64,000 nucleotides of DNA, taken from NCBI GenBank assembly GCA_021325145.1, contig JAJPHR010000074.1, positions 1,873 to 65,872 on the forward strand. Reading direction: 5' to 3'. Within the stretch, counting starts at the first letter, position 1; every line of letters begins with the position of its first letter. This document shows positions 8,151 through 16,863 of the stretch, piece by piece. Position numbers and translations under genes: made by a program. Source of the DNA: Verrucomicrobiota bacterium (GTDB taxonomy: Bacteria > Verrucomicrobiota > Verrucomicrobiia > Limisphaerales > Pedosphaeraceae). The notes under the pieces are model-generated. The model was not told where the DNA came from. It did no database searches and saw only the letters and a program-made list of their open reading frames with translations.

Positions 8151-11100
8151 TTATTTGATGAATTTCAATTTTGCGCAGAACACGTAGTAGAGCGTTGGCA
8201 GCATCACCAACGTCAGCACCGTGGCGAGAAGCAGGCCGACGATGTGGACTGCGGTCAGTGGATGCCATAGGGCGCCGCCGGTAAGAAACAGCGGAATCAG
8301 TCCGCCTACCGTGGCGAATACAGTCACAAGCACCGGACGCAAACGCGCAAGTCCGGCTTGCACCAGCGCCTCTTCGAGCGGCAAGCCCTTGGCCCGTGCC
8401 TCCTCGATAAAGTCGCTGAGGACGATAATGTGGCTCACCATGATGCCGGCCAGGCTGACCATCGCCAACAACGCCATGAATCCAAGCGGAGAGTGGGTAA
8501 CGAACAGTCCCAGCACCGCCCCAATGAGCCCCAGCGGCACCGTGAGCATGACCACCACGGACTTGATAACCGAGCTGAATTGCAACACCATGGTCAGGGC
8601 GATCAGCGCCAATGAAATCTGCATGACCATCCCCATCTCCGCCTTGTTCTCGCGCAGTTCTTTGTCCTCACCGGCGAATTTCAATTCGTATCCCGGGTCT
8701 AAGTTGATTTTTGCAAGGCCCGCGCGCGCACGGCCCAGTATTTGGGAAGGCAATTCGCCGAAAGGCGCGTAAGCTTTAACCGTTACTGTGCGGAGCTGGT
8801 TGTAGTGAGGAATCGTAACGAACTCCGGCTGGACTTTCAGCGTCGAGAAACTCTCGCAGGGAACACTTTTACCGACCGGGGTCTGCACGTAAAGCCCTCG
8901 AATCTTCTCCGCTTCACTGCGGTCTTCGATGCGGCCGCGAATCAGCACCGGAATGAGCCGGTCGCCTTCGCGCAACTCAGTCACCTTCAGTCCGGTGAAG
9001 GAGGCTTGGGCAACATTGCCGATTTGCTTATTATTCAAACCGAGTGAATTCGCGCGGTCTTGGTCAATATCAATTTGAATGTTCGGCATTCGCAGGCCCA
9101 GGTCGTCAAAGACGTGGTAGCCGCCCGCCGCGCGCAGTTCGGCTGCCGCTTGATCGGCCAGGAGTCGCAGTTTATCCAAGTTCTCGCCGCTAATCCGGAT
9201 TTGAATTGGTTCCGCGACCGGCGGACCCTGTTCGAGTTGTTTGACCACGCAACGCGCGCCGGGAACCGATTTGTCCAATTCCTGCCGCAACTTGACGAGC
9301 AGGCCGGTGACATCATCGGCGTGGCGCGTGTTGATGAGAATCTGGGCGAGATAATTCGCAGGCTCTTTGGGTTCGACGTTGTAGTAAAAGCGTGGCGCGG
9401 TCCCACCGGAGAACACCGCCGCGCTTAAAACTTCCTCATGGCCTTTGATCAACGCGACCGCTTGATCCACTGTCGTCCTCATGCTGGTGAGCGAGTCGGA
9501 CGAAGGCAGTTCTATATCCACCAACAACTGATTGCGCTCTGCCGGCGGGAAAAACTGGCTGCCGAGGAACGGAATTAGGAGGCAACTCGCCGCGAGCACT
9601 GAATAACCGATCCCGAGGACGAGCAATGGACGTTTGAGAGACTTTTCCAAAGCGGCGCGGTAGTGCGGCAAAACAGCCATAAGCGTCTGGTCCACATACC
9701 GGAATAGGAAAAACGAACGCACCTCGCCGCCTTCATCGAATCCTTTCTGCCCGCGCAAGACGTAGTAGCTGATCAATGGCGTGAAGGTGACCGACACCAG
9801 CAGCGCTGCGAGCAGCGAGATCGTGATCACGATCGGGAGGCTCTTCATGAATTCACCCTTGTCGCCAGTAAGCAGCAGCAGTGGCAGGAATGCAAAGATG
9901 TTGATCAGCGTGCCAAACACCATTGGGTGACGCAAGTGAAGCGGCCCAAGCCAGGCCGCGCGCAATCGCGGCTCACCGCGATGCAGTTCGCGATTGATGC
10001 CGTCGGAAGCCACGACCGGCACGTCCACCAACATTCCCAGGGCGATTATGAGCGATGCGATGGAGATTTGTTGCAGAGGAATGTGAAGCAGTTGCATGCC
10101 GATCAGCGTCATGGCGACGGTCAGTGGAACGGCCGTCGCGAGCACCAGCGCTGAACGCCAATCCATCAGGAACAATCCCACGATGATCACGATGACCACC
10201 GCCTCAATGAAGCATCGGACGAAGTGATGGATGCGATGCCCGACCGCGGTGGGTTGATCGGACAGCACTCGAAACTCCAGCCCTTCCGGCATACGTGCTT
10301 TCATCGTTTCCACCACCTTCGTTACATCCTCGTTGAAATTGCGGATGATTTTCCCATCGCGCATTTCGACTGCGACCATCACGGCGCGGCGCGTGTCCAG
10401 CCGCCCGTTCTCGCTGGTTCGCCCGAGCACGTCCACCTTGTAGGAAATCGGCGACTCATACATGCGGCGGACTTCAAAAGCGTCGCGCAGATACACCGGC
10501 GCGCCCGCGCGGTTCATGCCGACCACAGTGCCGAGCATGTCGCGCTCGGTTTTGAATTCACCGGAAAGCTGCACTGGAAAATTTCGTCCTTCGGTTCTCA
10601 TGGTGCCGCCGGGAATCACCGCGTTGCGGGCGCCAATCGCTCCCATCACTGCATCCGGTGTCAGCCCGTAACCGGCGATGTTCGCATCCGAGAAAAGCAG
10701 ATACACAGCTTCCGGCACGATGGCGACCTTCGTGACTTTGCCCACGCTCTCGACCTGCTTCAGCTCGTCCTCAAAATCGCGCGCCAGCAATTCGAGCGTG
10801 CGATAGCTGTAACGCGGCGGAGCCGAGGCTCGAATTTGCGGCAGCGGGTCTTCATCCCCCATCAGCAAAATCGGCGGGGTGAAATCGGGGTGGAATAATT
10901 CGCGGTCGGTGCCGGTGATAGTTCTGGTGAAATTGGCTATAGAGCGCTCCAGGTCGGCCCGGCAGGCTGACGTTTCCAGGTCAGCCAGAATGAACGATTG
11001 TCCTTGAATCGTTCGCACCTCTTTGGCCAGGCCCGCCGCGCGAACCGCTGTTTCGAATTGGCCGCGCAGCGTTTCGCGATAGCTCTGCGAAATGGCCGGC

Positions 11101-11681
11101 GGGAAGAAAGCCGCCACGGCTGCGTGATTGGTTGAAGAAGCACCCTTGCGTATTTCCGCGAGACTCTGGCGCAAAAGGTTGGCGCGCGCCACGCACTCCG
11201 CATCGGTGATCGGAGGACTGACCAATCCAAACAACAGCGTGATCGTGTTGCCGAAATCGGTGTTTAGCCACGGCTGACGCGTTCCTTCGGGCAACTCCAC
11301 CTCCTGGAGCTTGGCTCTTACCTTGTCCCACTCCTGGTCAATGGTAGCCGTGGAACCGGGAAGCTGTTTGATGGTCATCGTGGAAATTCCGGGGCGGGAC
11401 GTGCTCTTGATCTCCTCGATGGATTTCAGTTCGCTGATTTTGCGTTCTAGTGGCTTCGAGACCAACTCCTCGACTTTCGAAGCCGTCGCTCCGGGAAACA
11501 CAGTAACCAGCATGGCGGTTCGCTGTGGAATCGTCGGGTCCTCTTGCTGGCCCAGCTTGGTATAAGCCAGGGCTCCCCACACCAGCACTGCAATCAATGC
11601 CAGCCAGCTCACTTCCCGGTGCTCGACAAAGAATTGAGCGATCCCACCGGATTCGTTTTTGTTTTCAACGGGTATTGACAT
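8151..11681 (-). CDS. RND efflux transporter permease (AcrB/CzcA superfamily), 1176 aa.
   Basis: Twelve-TM, two-large-loop architecture with characteristic RND motifs. It sits between the MFP and OMF genes. Confidence 0.9.
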   Translation of the reverse strand: MSIPVENKNESGGIAQFFVEHREVSWLALIAVLVWGALAYTKLGQQEDPTIPQRTAMLVTVFPGATASKVEELVSKPLERKISELKSIEEIKSTSRPGISTMTIKQLPGSTATIDQEWDKVRAKLQEVELPEGTRQPWLNTDFGNTITLLFGLVSPPITDAECVARANLLRQSLAEIRKGASSTNHAAVAAFFPPAISQSYRETLRGQFETAVRAAGLAKEVRTIQGQSFILADLETSACRADLERSIANFTRTITGTDRELFHPDFTPPILLMGDEDPLPQIRASAPPRYSYRTLELLARDFEDELKQVESVGKVTKVAIVPEAVYLLFSDANIAGYGLTPDAVMGAIGARNAVIPGGTMRTEGRNFPVQLSGEFKTERDMLGTVVGMNRAGAPVYLRDAFEVRRMYESPISYKVDVLGRTSENGRLDTRRAVMVAVEMRDGKIIRNFNEDVTKVVETMKARMPEGLEFRVLSDQPTAVGHRIHHFVRCFIEAVVIVIIVGLFLMDWRSALVLATAVPLTVAMTLIGMQLLHIPLQQISIASLIIALGMLVDVPVVASDGINRELHRGEPRLRAAWLGPLHLRHPMVFGTLINIFAFLPLLLLTGDKGEFMKSLPIVITISLLAALLVSVTFTPLISYYVLRGQKGFDEGGEVRSFFLFRYVDQTLMAVLPHYRAALEKSLKRPLLVLGIGYSVLAASCLLIPFLGSQFFPPAERNQLLVDIELPSSDSLTSMRTTVDQAVALIKGHEEVLSAAVFSGGTAPRFYYNVEPKEPANYLAQILINTRHADDVTGLLVKLRQELDKSVPGARCVVKQLEQGPPVAEPIQIRISGENLDKLRLLADQAAAELRAAGGYHVFDDLGLRMPNIQIDIDQDRANSLGLNNKQIGNVAQASFTGLKVTELREGDRLIPVLIRGRIEDRSEAEKIRGLYVQTPVGKSVPCESFSTLKVQPEFVTIPHYNQLRTVTVKAYAPFGELPSQILGRARAGLAKINLDPGYELKFAGEDKELRENKAEMGMVMQISLALIALTMVLQFSSVIKSVVVMLTVPLGLIGAVLGLFVTHSPLGFMALLAMVSLAGIMVSHIIVLSDFIEEARAKGLPLEEALVQAGLARLRPVLVTVFATVGGLIPLFLTGGALWHPLTAVHIVGLLLATVLTLVMLPTLYYVFCAKLKFIK

Positions 11682-11704
11682 GGGAATGTTTCTCCTTTCG
11701 TGAG

Positions 11705-12871
11705 TTACTTCGCGGCCAAATTGTCTGTGGCGATTTCCACGGGAGCGCCGTCATACAGAAAACTCGCTCCCGAAGTCACCACCTGTTCACCAGTGCGCAA
11801 ACCGTCGGTGATCTGGATGGAACTGTTGAGAATGTCGCCGGTCTTCACTGCTCGCTTTATCGCTTTGCCGCCCTCGACGACAAAGACGCCGAGTTGAGCC
11901 TGGCTATTTGCCGGCGAATTGCCGCCGGAAACAATAGTGAGGAGCGCCGAGAGCGGAACGCAGACCGTGCCGGGTTTCACCGTCGGAGTGTCACCAACAT
12001 GAATGCGCGCGGTCATCCCTGAGCGAAGCAGGCCGTCCGGATTGGGAACTTTGATCACAACGCGGAACAATCGGCCTTCGCTGCTCGCGGCCACGCCGAC
12101 TTCCGTAACGCGGCCTTTGAAAGGCGGCAGGCCTTCCAGCCCCGACACCTCGACCGGGATTTCCTTGCCGGGCGAGAGTCTGCCGATGAGACGATCCGGC
12201 AATCCCAATTCAACCGACATCAAGCTCGTATCGGCAAAGCGCAGCGCACTTTGGCCGGGAGACACAGTGACATGCGAGTTGACATAGCGCGCCAACACCA
12301 CCCCATCTTTGGCCGCCACGAGACGCGAATCCCGTAGGTTTTGTTCTGCCTGATCCAGTTGAGCTTGAGCTGTCCGCCAATCCGCTTCAGTTACATCGAG
12401 TTCCTGTTGAGAAATGGCGTCCGTTTCGCGCAATTTGCGCAAACGTTCGAGAGTCTTGCTCGCCAGCTCTGCGCGCGCGCGAGCCGAGTTCAAAGCATTT
12501 GTGAAGTCGGCCTGCTTCAACTCGGCCAGAACAGTCCCGGCCTTCACCGGCGTTCCTTCGTCCCAGTCTGTTCCTGCTGCCGGTCCGATGGCATCCAGGA
12601 TGCCTCCCACTTTGAAGCTGAAGTCCGTTTCATGATCGAAGCGCACCTGCGCCAGATAAGACGCCTCGCCGTCGGATTGGATGTTATCCATCGGCTGCAC
12701 GAGTGCGGTGCGCACTAAATTCTTCTCGGGTGATTTGGCTGGTTTTCCGCAGCCGGCGAGTGCCAATGCCACGCAAAGCAATGTCAGTCCATTGTTTTTG
12801 GCGCTCACCGGGCGGCGATTTAGATTTTCAGTATTGTTCATGGGTATTTGTCTGGTTTTCGTTTGCAACAT
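11705..12871 (-). CDS. RND efflux periplasmic adaptor (membrane fusion protein, HlyD/AcrA-like lipoprotein), 388 aa.
   Basis: Lipoprotein signal LLCVALALAGCG, a coiled-coil hairpin region and beta-barrel/MP domains. It is immediately upstream of the RND pump gene. Confidence 0.85.
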   Translation of the reverse strand: MLQTKTRQIPMNNTENLNRRPVSAKNNGLTLLCVALALAGCGKPAKSPEKNLVRTALVQPMDNIQSDGEASYLAQVRFDHETDFSFKVGGILDAIGPAAGTDWDEGTPVKAGTVLAELKQADFTNALNSARARAELASKTLERLRKLRETDAISQQELDVTEADWRTAQAQLDQAEQNLRDSRLVAAKDGVVLARYVNSHVTVSPGQSALRFADTSLMSVELGLPDRLIGRLSPGKEIPVEVSGLEGLPPFKGRVTEVGVAASSEGRLFRVVIKVPNPDGLLRSGMTARIHVGDTPTVKPGTVCVPLSALLTIVSGGNSPANSQAQLGVFVVEGGKAIKRAVKTGDILNSSIQITDGLRTGEQVVTSGASFLYDGAPVEIATDNLAAK

Positions 12872-12873
12872 GT

Positions 12874-13581
12874 TTAAAGGGTGAAATCGGAAATATCCTG
12901 CTCTGCTGATTCAGTTTGAATGGCTCGCAGCAAATGTTTTGTGAGAAATCGCGCTAACGCCCGGGTTGGCGGTGTGACGGTCAATTGGGTCAATGGGTGG
13001 CGCGGATTTTCCGCTATCAGAGAATAGAATAGACACTCACTAATCAGAGTTAGCGCGTGAAGCCGGACGGCTTCGCCCCGGTCCTGCGCACCGGTCAAAT
13101 CTTTCATCGCTGCCTGGAGGAGAACGAAATCCCGCTCCAGCCGAGACGCTGCGTAGTTGTGCGCACTGTCAGCGTGGTCTGCTAATTCACGCGCGAGGAG
13201 TTTCGCAATCCATGCACGCTTGGCGCCGAGTCGTTGTAACAACGACTCGGTGAGAGCCAGCAGTCTGTGTTCAGCAGGCAATTGAGTTGAGGTGATAAAA
13301 TTCCTGTCCAGATCGGAAAGCTGCCGGCCGGCTTCCATCATCACGGCTTGATAAAGCCCTTCCTTGCTCTGGAAGTGATAACAAACTCCGGCCACGTTCG
13401 TCTCGGCTCGTTTGCAGATTTCGCGGAGGTGTGTTCCGTGAAAACCTGCTTCGGCGAATAATTCGCAGGCAACTTCGAGCACGCGCTCGCGGGTGGGTAA
13501 ATTGCGCCCGATTGGACTGGTCGCCTGGGCATTTTCTCGGTTCTTTTTCATGCTTTCGAATGCAATTCGCATACGGGACAT
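12874..13581 (-). CDS. TetR/AcrR-family transcriptional regulator, 235 aa.
   Basis: N-terminal TetR HTH (RERVLEVACELFAEAGFHGTHLREICKRAETNVAGVCYHFQSKEGLYQAVM). Its stop is 2 nt before the MFP start, so it is co-transcribed with the efflux operon. Confidence 0.85.
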   Translation of the reverse strand: MSRMRIAFESMKKNRENAQATSPIGRNLPTRERVLEVACELFAEAGFHGTHLREICKRAETNVAGVCYHFQSKEGLYQAVMMEAGRQLSDLDRNFITSTQLPAEHRLLALTESLLQRLGAKRAWIAKLLARELADHADSAHNYAASRLERDFVLLQAAMKDLTGAQDRGEAVRLHALTLISECLFYSLIAENPRHPLTQLTVTPPTRALARFLTKHLLRAIQTESAEQDISDFTL

Positions 13582-13797
13582 GACCTACGCAACACAGATG
13601 CCAACCACCCAATAAACGCGGAAAGCACTGTGGACCAATGGTTAACGGGAAAGAGGCAACTCGCAGGAGGGCACTCGAAATTTCGAGTTTCCGAAAATTC
13701 GAAGAACTATCGTTGGTTTAAAAACTGCGTGACGATTTAGGATTTGCCCTTAGGAAAAGGTTTCCAGCCGGTTATTGGGACCTCATCGCAGAATGGG

Positions 13798-15429
13798 TCA
13801 GCGGTCGGGTTTCTTGAGACCCCACTTGTCCATTCTCGAAAGCAAAGTAGTTGGTTTTACTCCCAAGAGTTCCGCCGCGCCATCGGCTCCGCTGATTTTC
13901 CAATTCGCCGCCTCCAACACCTGCACGAGGTTGTCACGTTCGCGGCGTTGAAGTTCGGCTTCAGTGAGAAACTTGGGTCGCGCCGCACTCCCGGTCGAAG
14001 CAGCACTCGGTCGAGCGGCAGGCACTAATTGACCGGTCACGGGAAAGTCAAAATCCAGAGCGCCGCCACGGGCCAAAATAACGGCGCGCTCGATCACGTT
14101 GCGCAATTCACGGATATTGCCCGGCCAATCGTAACTCTGGAGCTTGGCGATGCCCGCCCGGGTCAGCCGGGGTTTCGCGCACTTCAAGTCTTTGGCGGAA
14201 AGTTCGACAAAATGTTTCGCCAGCAACGGAATGTCGTCCATTCGGTCTCGCAGCGCTGGAACTTGGATCGGAAATACGTTCAGCCGGTAGTAGAGGTCTT
14301 CACGGAATTTGCCCGCAGCAACCTCTTTCTTCAAATCGCGGTTGGTGGCGGCCACAACACGCACATTCGCGCGACGTGTTCGGTCATCACCAACGCGTTC
14401 ATATCGTTTTTCTTGGAGGACACGCAGCAACTTGTTCTGGATGTCCAATGGGATTTCTCCCACTTCGTCCAGGAAAATGGTCCCGCCCTCAGCCGTTTCA
14501 AAACGTCCGGCCCGATCTTTCACCGCTCCCGTAAACGAGCCTCTGACATGGCCGAAGAACTCGCTCTCGAACAACTCCCGTGGAATCGAGGCGCAATTGA
14601 CCCGAACCAGCGGGCCATCCTTGCGGGCGCCGCGCTGGTGGATTTCGTGGGCGACCAATTCTTTGCCGGTTCCCGTCTCACCGAGAATGAGCACCGAAGC
14701 CTCCGTGGGCGCGACCAGGTCAATCTGACAGACGATGTGTTTGAGTGCCGCACTTTGGCCGATCAGATTGCCAAAGGCCTTGGCCTCGACCACCGCCTCC
14801 TGCAAGTAACTGTTCTGCAATTCCAGTTGCGCTTTGAGATGCTGGATTTCCTCAAAGGCGCGCGCATGGGCGATGGCGGCGCCGATATGATCCGCGAATA
14901 TCCGTCCCCATGGGGTGAATGATTCCGGCAGATGTTCGCGAGCAAAACCCACCATCGCTCCCAGAACATCTCCTTTAAATTCAATCGGGCGGATACCGCA
15001 CTCAAGTATGCGCTCGTCTCGCATCCACTCAAACCCGGCGACGGATACCGGCTGCTTGTCCGGGCTTCTTACGACTTTCAACTCACCACTTGCCACCGCT
15101 TCTCCAAGCGGGCCGAAATTCAGTGGCAGGCGAGCATTGCGGTCCTCGCACGGCTGCGGCCCTTTTCCGGGTTCCGGAAGCGATCTGCCTCTTCCCGCAA
15201 CCAAGTGCAGGCAGCGGGACTGGTCAGGACAATCAGGCCGATACTTGCACGTCGCGCAGAGGTCGCCTTTTTTGATCAACCAGACCTGGGAGAAAACGAA
15301 CTCCGTGCGCTCGACCGCGCGCTCGACAATTTTCTTCAAGAGCGGCTCCACCGACCGCTCCTGGGCAATCTCCAGGAGCAACTGCGCTCCGAAATGAGGA
15401 TCGAACCGTCTGTCACTGGTTGATTCCAT
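13798..15429 (-). CDS. Sigma-54-dependent transcriptional activator (bEBP) with N-terminal GAF domain, AAA+ core and C-terminal Fis-type HTH, 543 aa.
   Basis: Walker A GETGTGKE, ESELFGH, a GAFTGA-like loop (FTGA) and a C-terminal HTH. The GAF region contains a Cys-rich insert CATCKYRPDCPDQSRC. Confidence 0.9.
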   Translation of the reverse strand: MESTSDRRFDPHFGAQLLLEIAQERSVEPLLKKIVERAVERTEFVFSQVWLIKKGDLCATCKYRPDCPDQSRCLHLVAGRGRSLPEPGKGPQPCEDRNARLPLNFGPLGEAVASGELKVVRSPDKQPVSVAGFEWMRDERILECGIRPIEFKGDVLGAMVGFAREHLPESFTPWGRIFADHIGAAIAHARAFEEIQHLKAQLELQNSYLQEAVVEAKAFGNLIGQSAALKHIVCQIDLVAPTEASVLILGETGTGKELVAHEIHQRGARKDGPLVRVNCASIPRELFESEFFGHVRGSFTGAVKDRAGRFETAEGGTIFLDEVGEIPLDIQNKLLRVLQEKRYERVGDDRTRRANVRVVAATNRDLKKEVAAGKFREDLYYRLNVFPIQVPALRDRMDDIPLLAKHFVELSAKDLKCAKPRLTRAGIAKLQSYDWPGNIRELRNVIERAVILARGGALDFDFPVTGQLVPAARPSAASTGSAARPKFLTEAELQRRERDNLVQVLEAANWKISGADGAAELLGVKPTTLLSRMDKWGLKKPDR

Positions 15430-15573
15430 TGCCGGATTTTAATGACCCTTTTGGTGCGGGGCAAATCGCAAATTACGGTTTTTCGTGTGATTCAGTTTTT
15501 CGAAATAGGGGAAGCCCAAACCGTAATAGTTGCAAGCCGCTTTTATTCAATGCTTTAACTTGAATTCGGCCTC

Positions 15574-15590
15574 TTGGCACAGAGTGTGCA
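15574..15590 (+). promoter_or_regulatory. Sigma-54 (-24/-12) promoter TTGGCACagagtGTGCA upstream of the thioredoxin-like gene.
   Basis: TGGCAC at 15575-15580 and TGC at 15587-15589 have the canonical GG-N10-GC spacing. The site is about 36 bp upstream of ATG 15626 and divergent from the bEBP gene. Confidence 0.6.
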
Positions 15591-15625
15591 AATGTCATGT
15601 TGCCGTTGAACAAAGAAACGAAAAG

Positions 15626-15985
15626 ATGAACATAAACGAAACCATCACAGAAGCGACCTTCGAGGTGGAAGTCCTAAGATGCAAACAACCAGTATTGGTT
15701 GTGTTTGGAACTCCCTGGAGCCGGCCCTGTGAAGTCCTTGATCCAATTCTTCAAGAGCTAGCGCTTGACTGGGCAGGAAAAGTGAAGGTGCTCAAGATCA
15801 ACGCGGATGATTCGCTCGACCTCAGTCTTTGTTATGACATCCAGTCCATCCCTACGCTGCTCTACTTCGTTGAAGGGAAACTGCGGGTTCAGATTGTGGG
15901 CACGGCCACGAAGGACGCGATTCTCGCCAAGCTGAAAGCCTCCGGCTTCGCGGACCATATTGACATGAGAAGGAGGGATCTGTGA
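15626..15985 (+). CDS. Thioredoxin-fold protein with a non-canonical monothiol active site (W-S-R-P-C instead of W-C-G-P-C), 119 aa.
   Basis: Thioredoxin-like layout (VLVVFGTPWSRPCEVLDPILQELA ... SIPTLLYF ... LKA). The preferred start is MNINETI at 15626, which has an A/G-rich RBS; the track ORF starts further upstream at 15530. Confidence 0.65.
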   Translation: MNINETITEATFEVEVLRCKQPVLVVFGTPWSRPCEVLDPILQELALDWAGKVKVLKINADDSLDLSLCYDIQSIPTLLYFVEGKLRVQIVGTATKDAILAKLKASGFADHIDMRRRDL

Positions 15986-16204
15986 TCGCCTTCTTATTCC
16001 TGTTCGTGGCGGAGTCATTTGCCTTCGGCTTGATGTGGCACACCAAGTCGGCGCGATCCGAAGAGCAACGCGAAAGTGAAAGTCCGGAGTCGGCAGTCCT
16101 CTTTTCTCGCAGGAGCACAAACTCCCGAAAGCCAGCCCCGCCGGCACAGGTGCCACCAGATGAAAACAGCGAATCACACATCCATTTCATTGAGGAGCTA
16201 CATT

Positions 16205-16423
16205 ATGAACGCACAATCGGCTAAAACGATGACAACGCCAACTGATCTCGCCATCGAACTTCGTTCCGCGAACGGATCGTCAACGGAATTTTATCAAGCC
16301 GATGCGGAACCCGTCCACGAAACGCTACGTTTGCTGGCGTCGCCGCAATTGTTTGCCCAGCGCCACTTGCTGGTGACCTCGCAACACTGTGCAAGCATAA
16401 TTCCTTGTAAGGGATTGACATGA
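16205..16423 (+). CDS. Small hypothetical protein (72 aa) downstream of the thioredoxin-like gene.
   Basis: ATG at 16205 is preceded by GGAGCTACATT. There is no recognisable domain, and it could be non-coding. Confidence 0.25.
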   Translation: MNAQSAKTMTTPTDLAIELRSANGSSTEFYQADAEPVHETLRLLASPQLFAQRHLLVTSQHCASIIPCKGLT

Positions 16424-16676
16424 TCCTCGTCCGCACATTCGCACGGACGCCTCTGAAATTCCCGGTGAAACTGCCTATCCGCCGTTTGCGGCAAGATGAT
16501 AGCAGAGGCGGTAAAAGGGGTAGCTCTTGCTCTTGTCATAGATTTGCCCAGAACTCGCCCGCGATACTTGATTTTCTTGGGGAACTTCACGTTCTGGTTT
16601 TCAGGCTCAGATTCGACCGCATTTTGTGCGGAATCTGTGCGGGACAGGCCAATTTCACCATTTTCTTGAGGAAAAG

Positions 16677-16761
16677 TGGTGCGCTTAGCAGGACTTGAAC
16701 CTGCACGGGTTACCCCACTACCACCTCAAAGTAGCGTGTCTGCCAATTCCACCATAAGCGC
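16677..16761 (-). tRNA. tRNA-Leu, anticodon GAG, type II with long variable arm, about 85 nt including 3' CCA.
   Basis: Reverse complement reads GCGCTTATGGTGGAATTGGCAGACACGCTACTTTGAGGTGGTAGTGGGGTAACCCGTGCAGGTTCAAGTCCTGCTAAGCGCACCA. It has a 7-bp acceptor stem, D-loop GGAATTGG, anticodon loop TTGAGGT, T-arm GGTTCAAGTCC, and aligns closely with canonical bacterial tRNA-Leu. Confidence 0.9.
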
Positions 16762-16863
16762 AATTGCTGACTTTAATGAAGCAGGGATGCGGCCGCTTCG
16801 CAAGGGCAAATTGGGGCTGAGGTAATTTGGCAAGCCCGGTGAAAGACGAAATCATTTGCAGGC

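Noticed and set aside
8221-11565. Several 60-220-aa ORFs on the + strand inside the RND pump gene
   Set aside because: Antisense to a 1176-aa RND transporter with unmistakable architecture. Judged to be GC-artefact ORFs.
15982-16224. 80-aa ORF starting with GTG that overlaps the thioredoxin-like stop codon
   Set aside because: It has a hydrophobic N-terminus, then low-complexity acidic/Ser-rich sequence. No RBS. The 16205..16423 ORF overlaps its 3' end by 20 nt (16205-16224). The evidence for translation is insufficient.
16420-16698. 92-aa + strand ORF
   Set aside because: Its 3' end overlaps the tRNA-Leu gene on the opposite strand. No RBS or domain. It most likely lies in non-coding sequence upstream of the tRNA.
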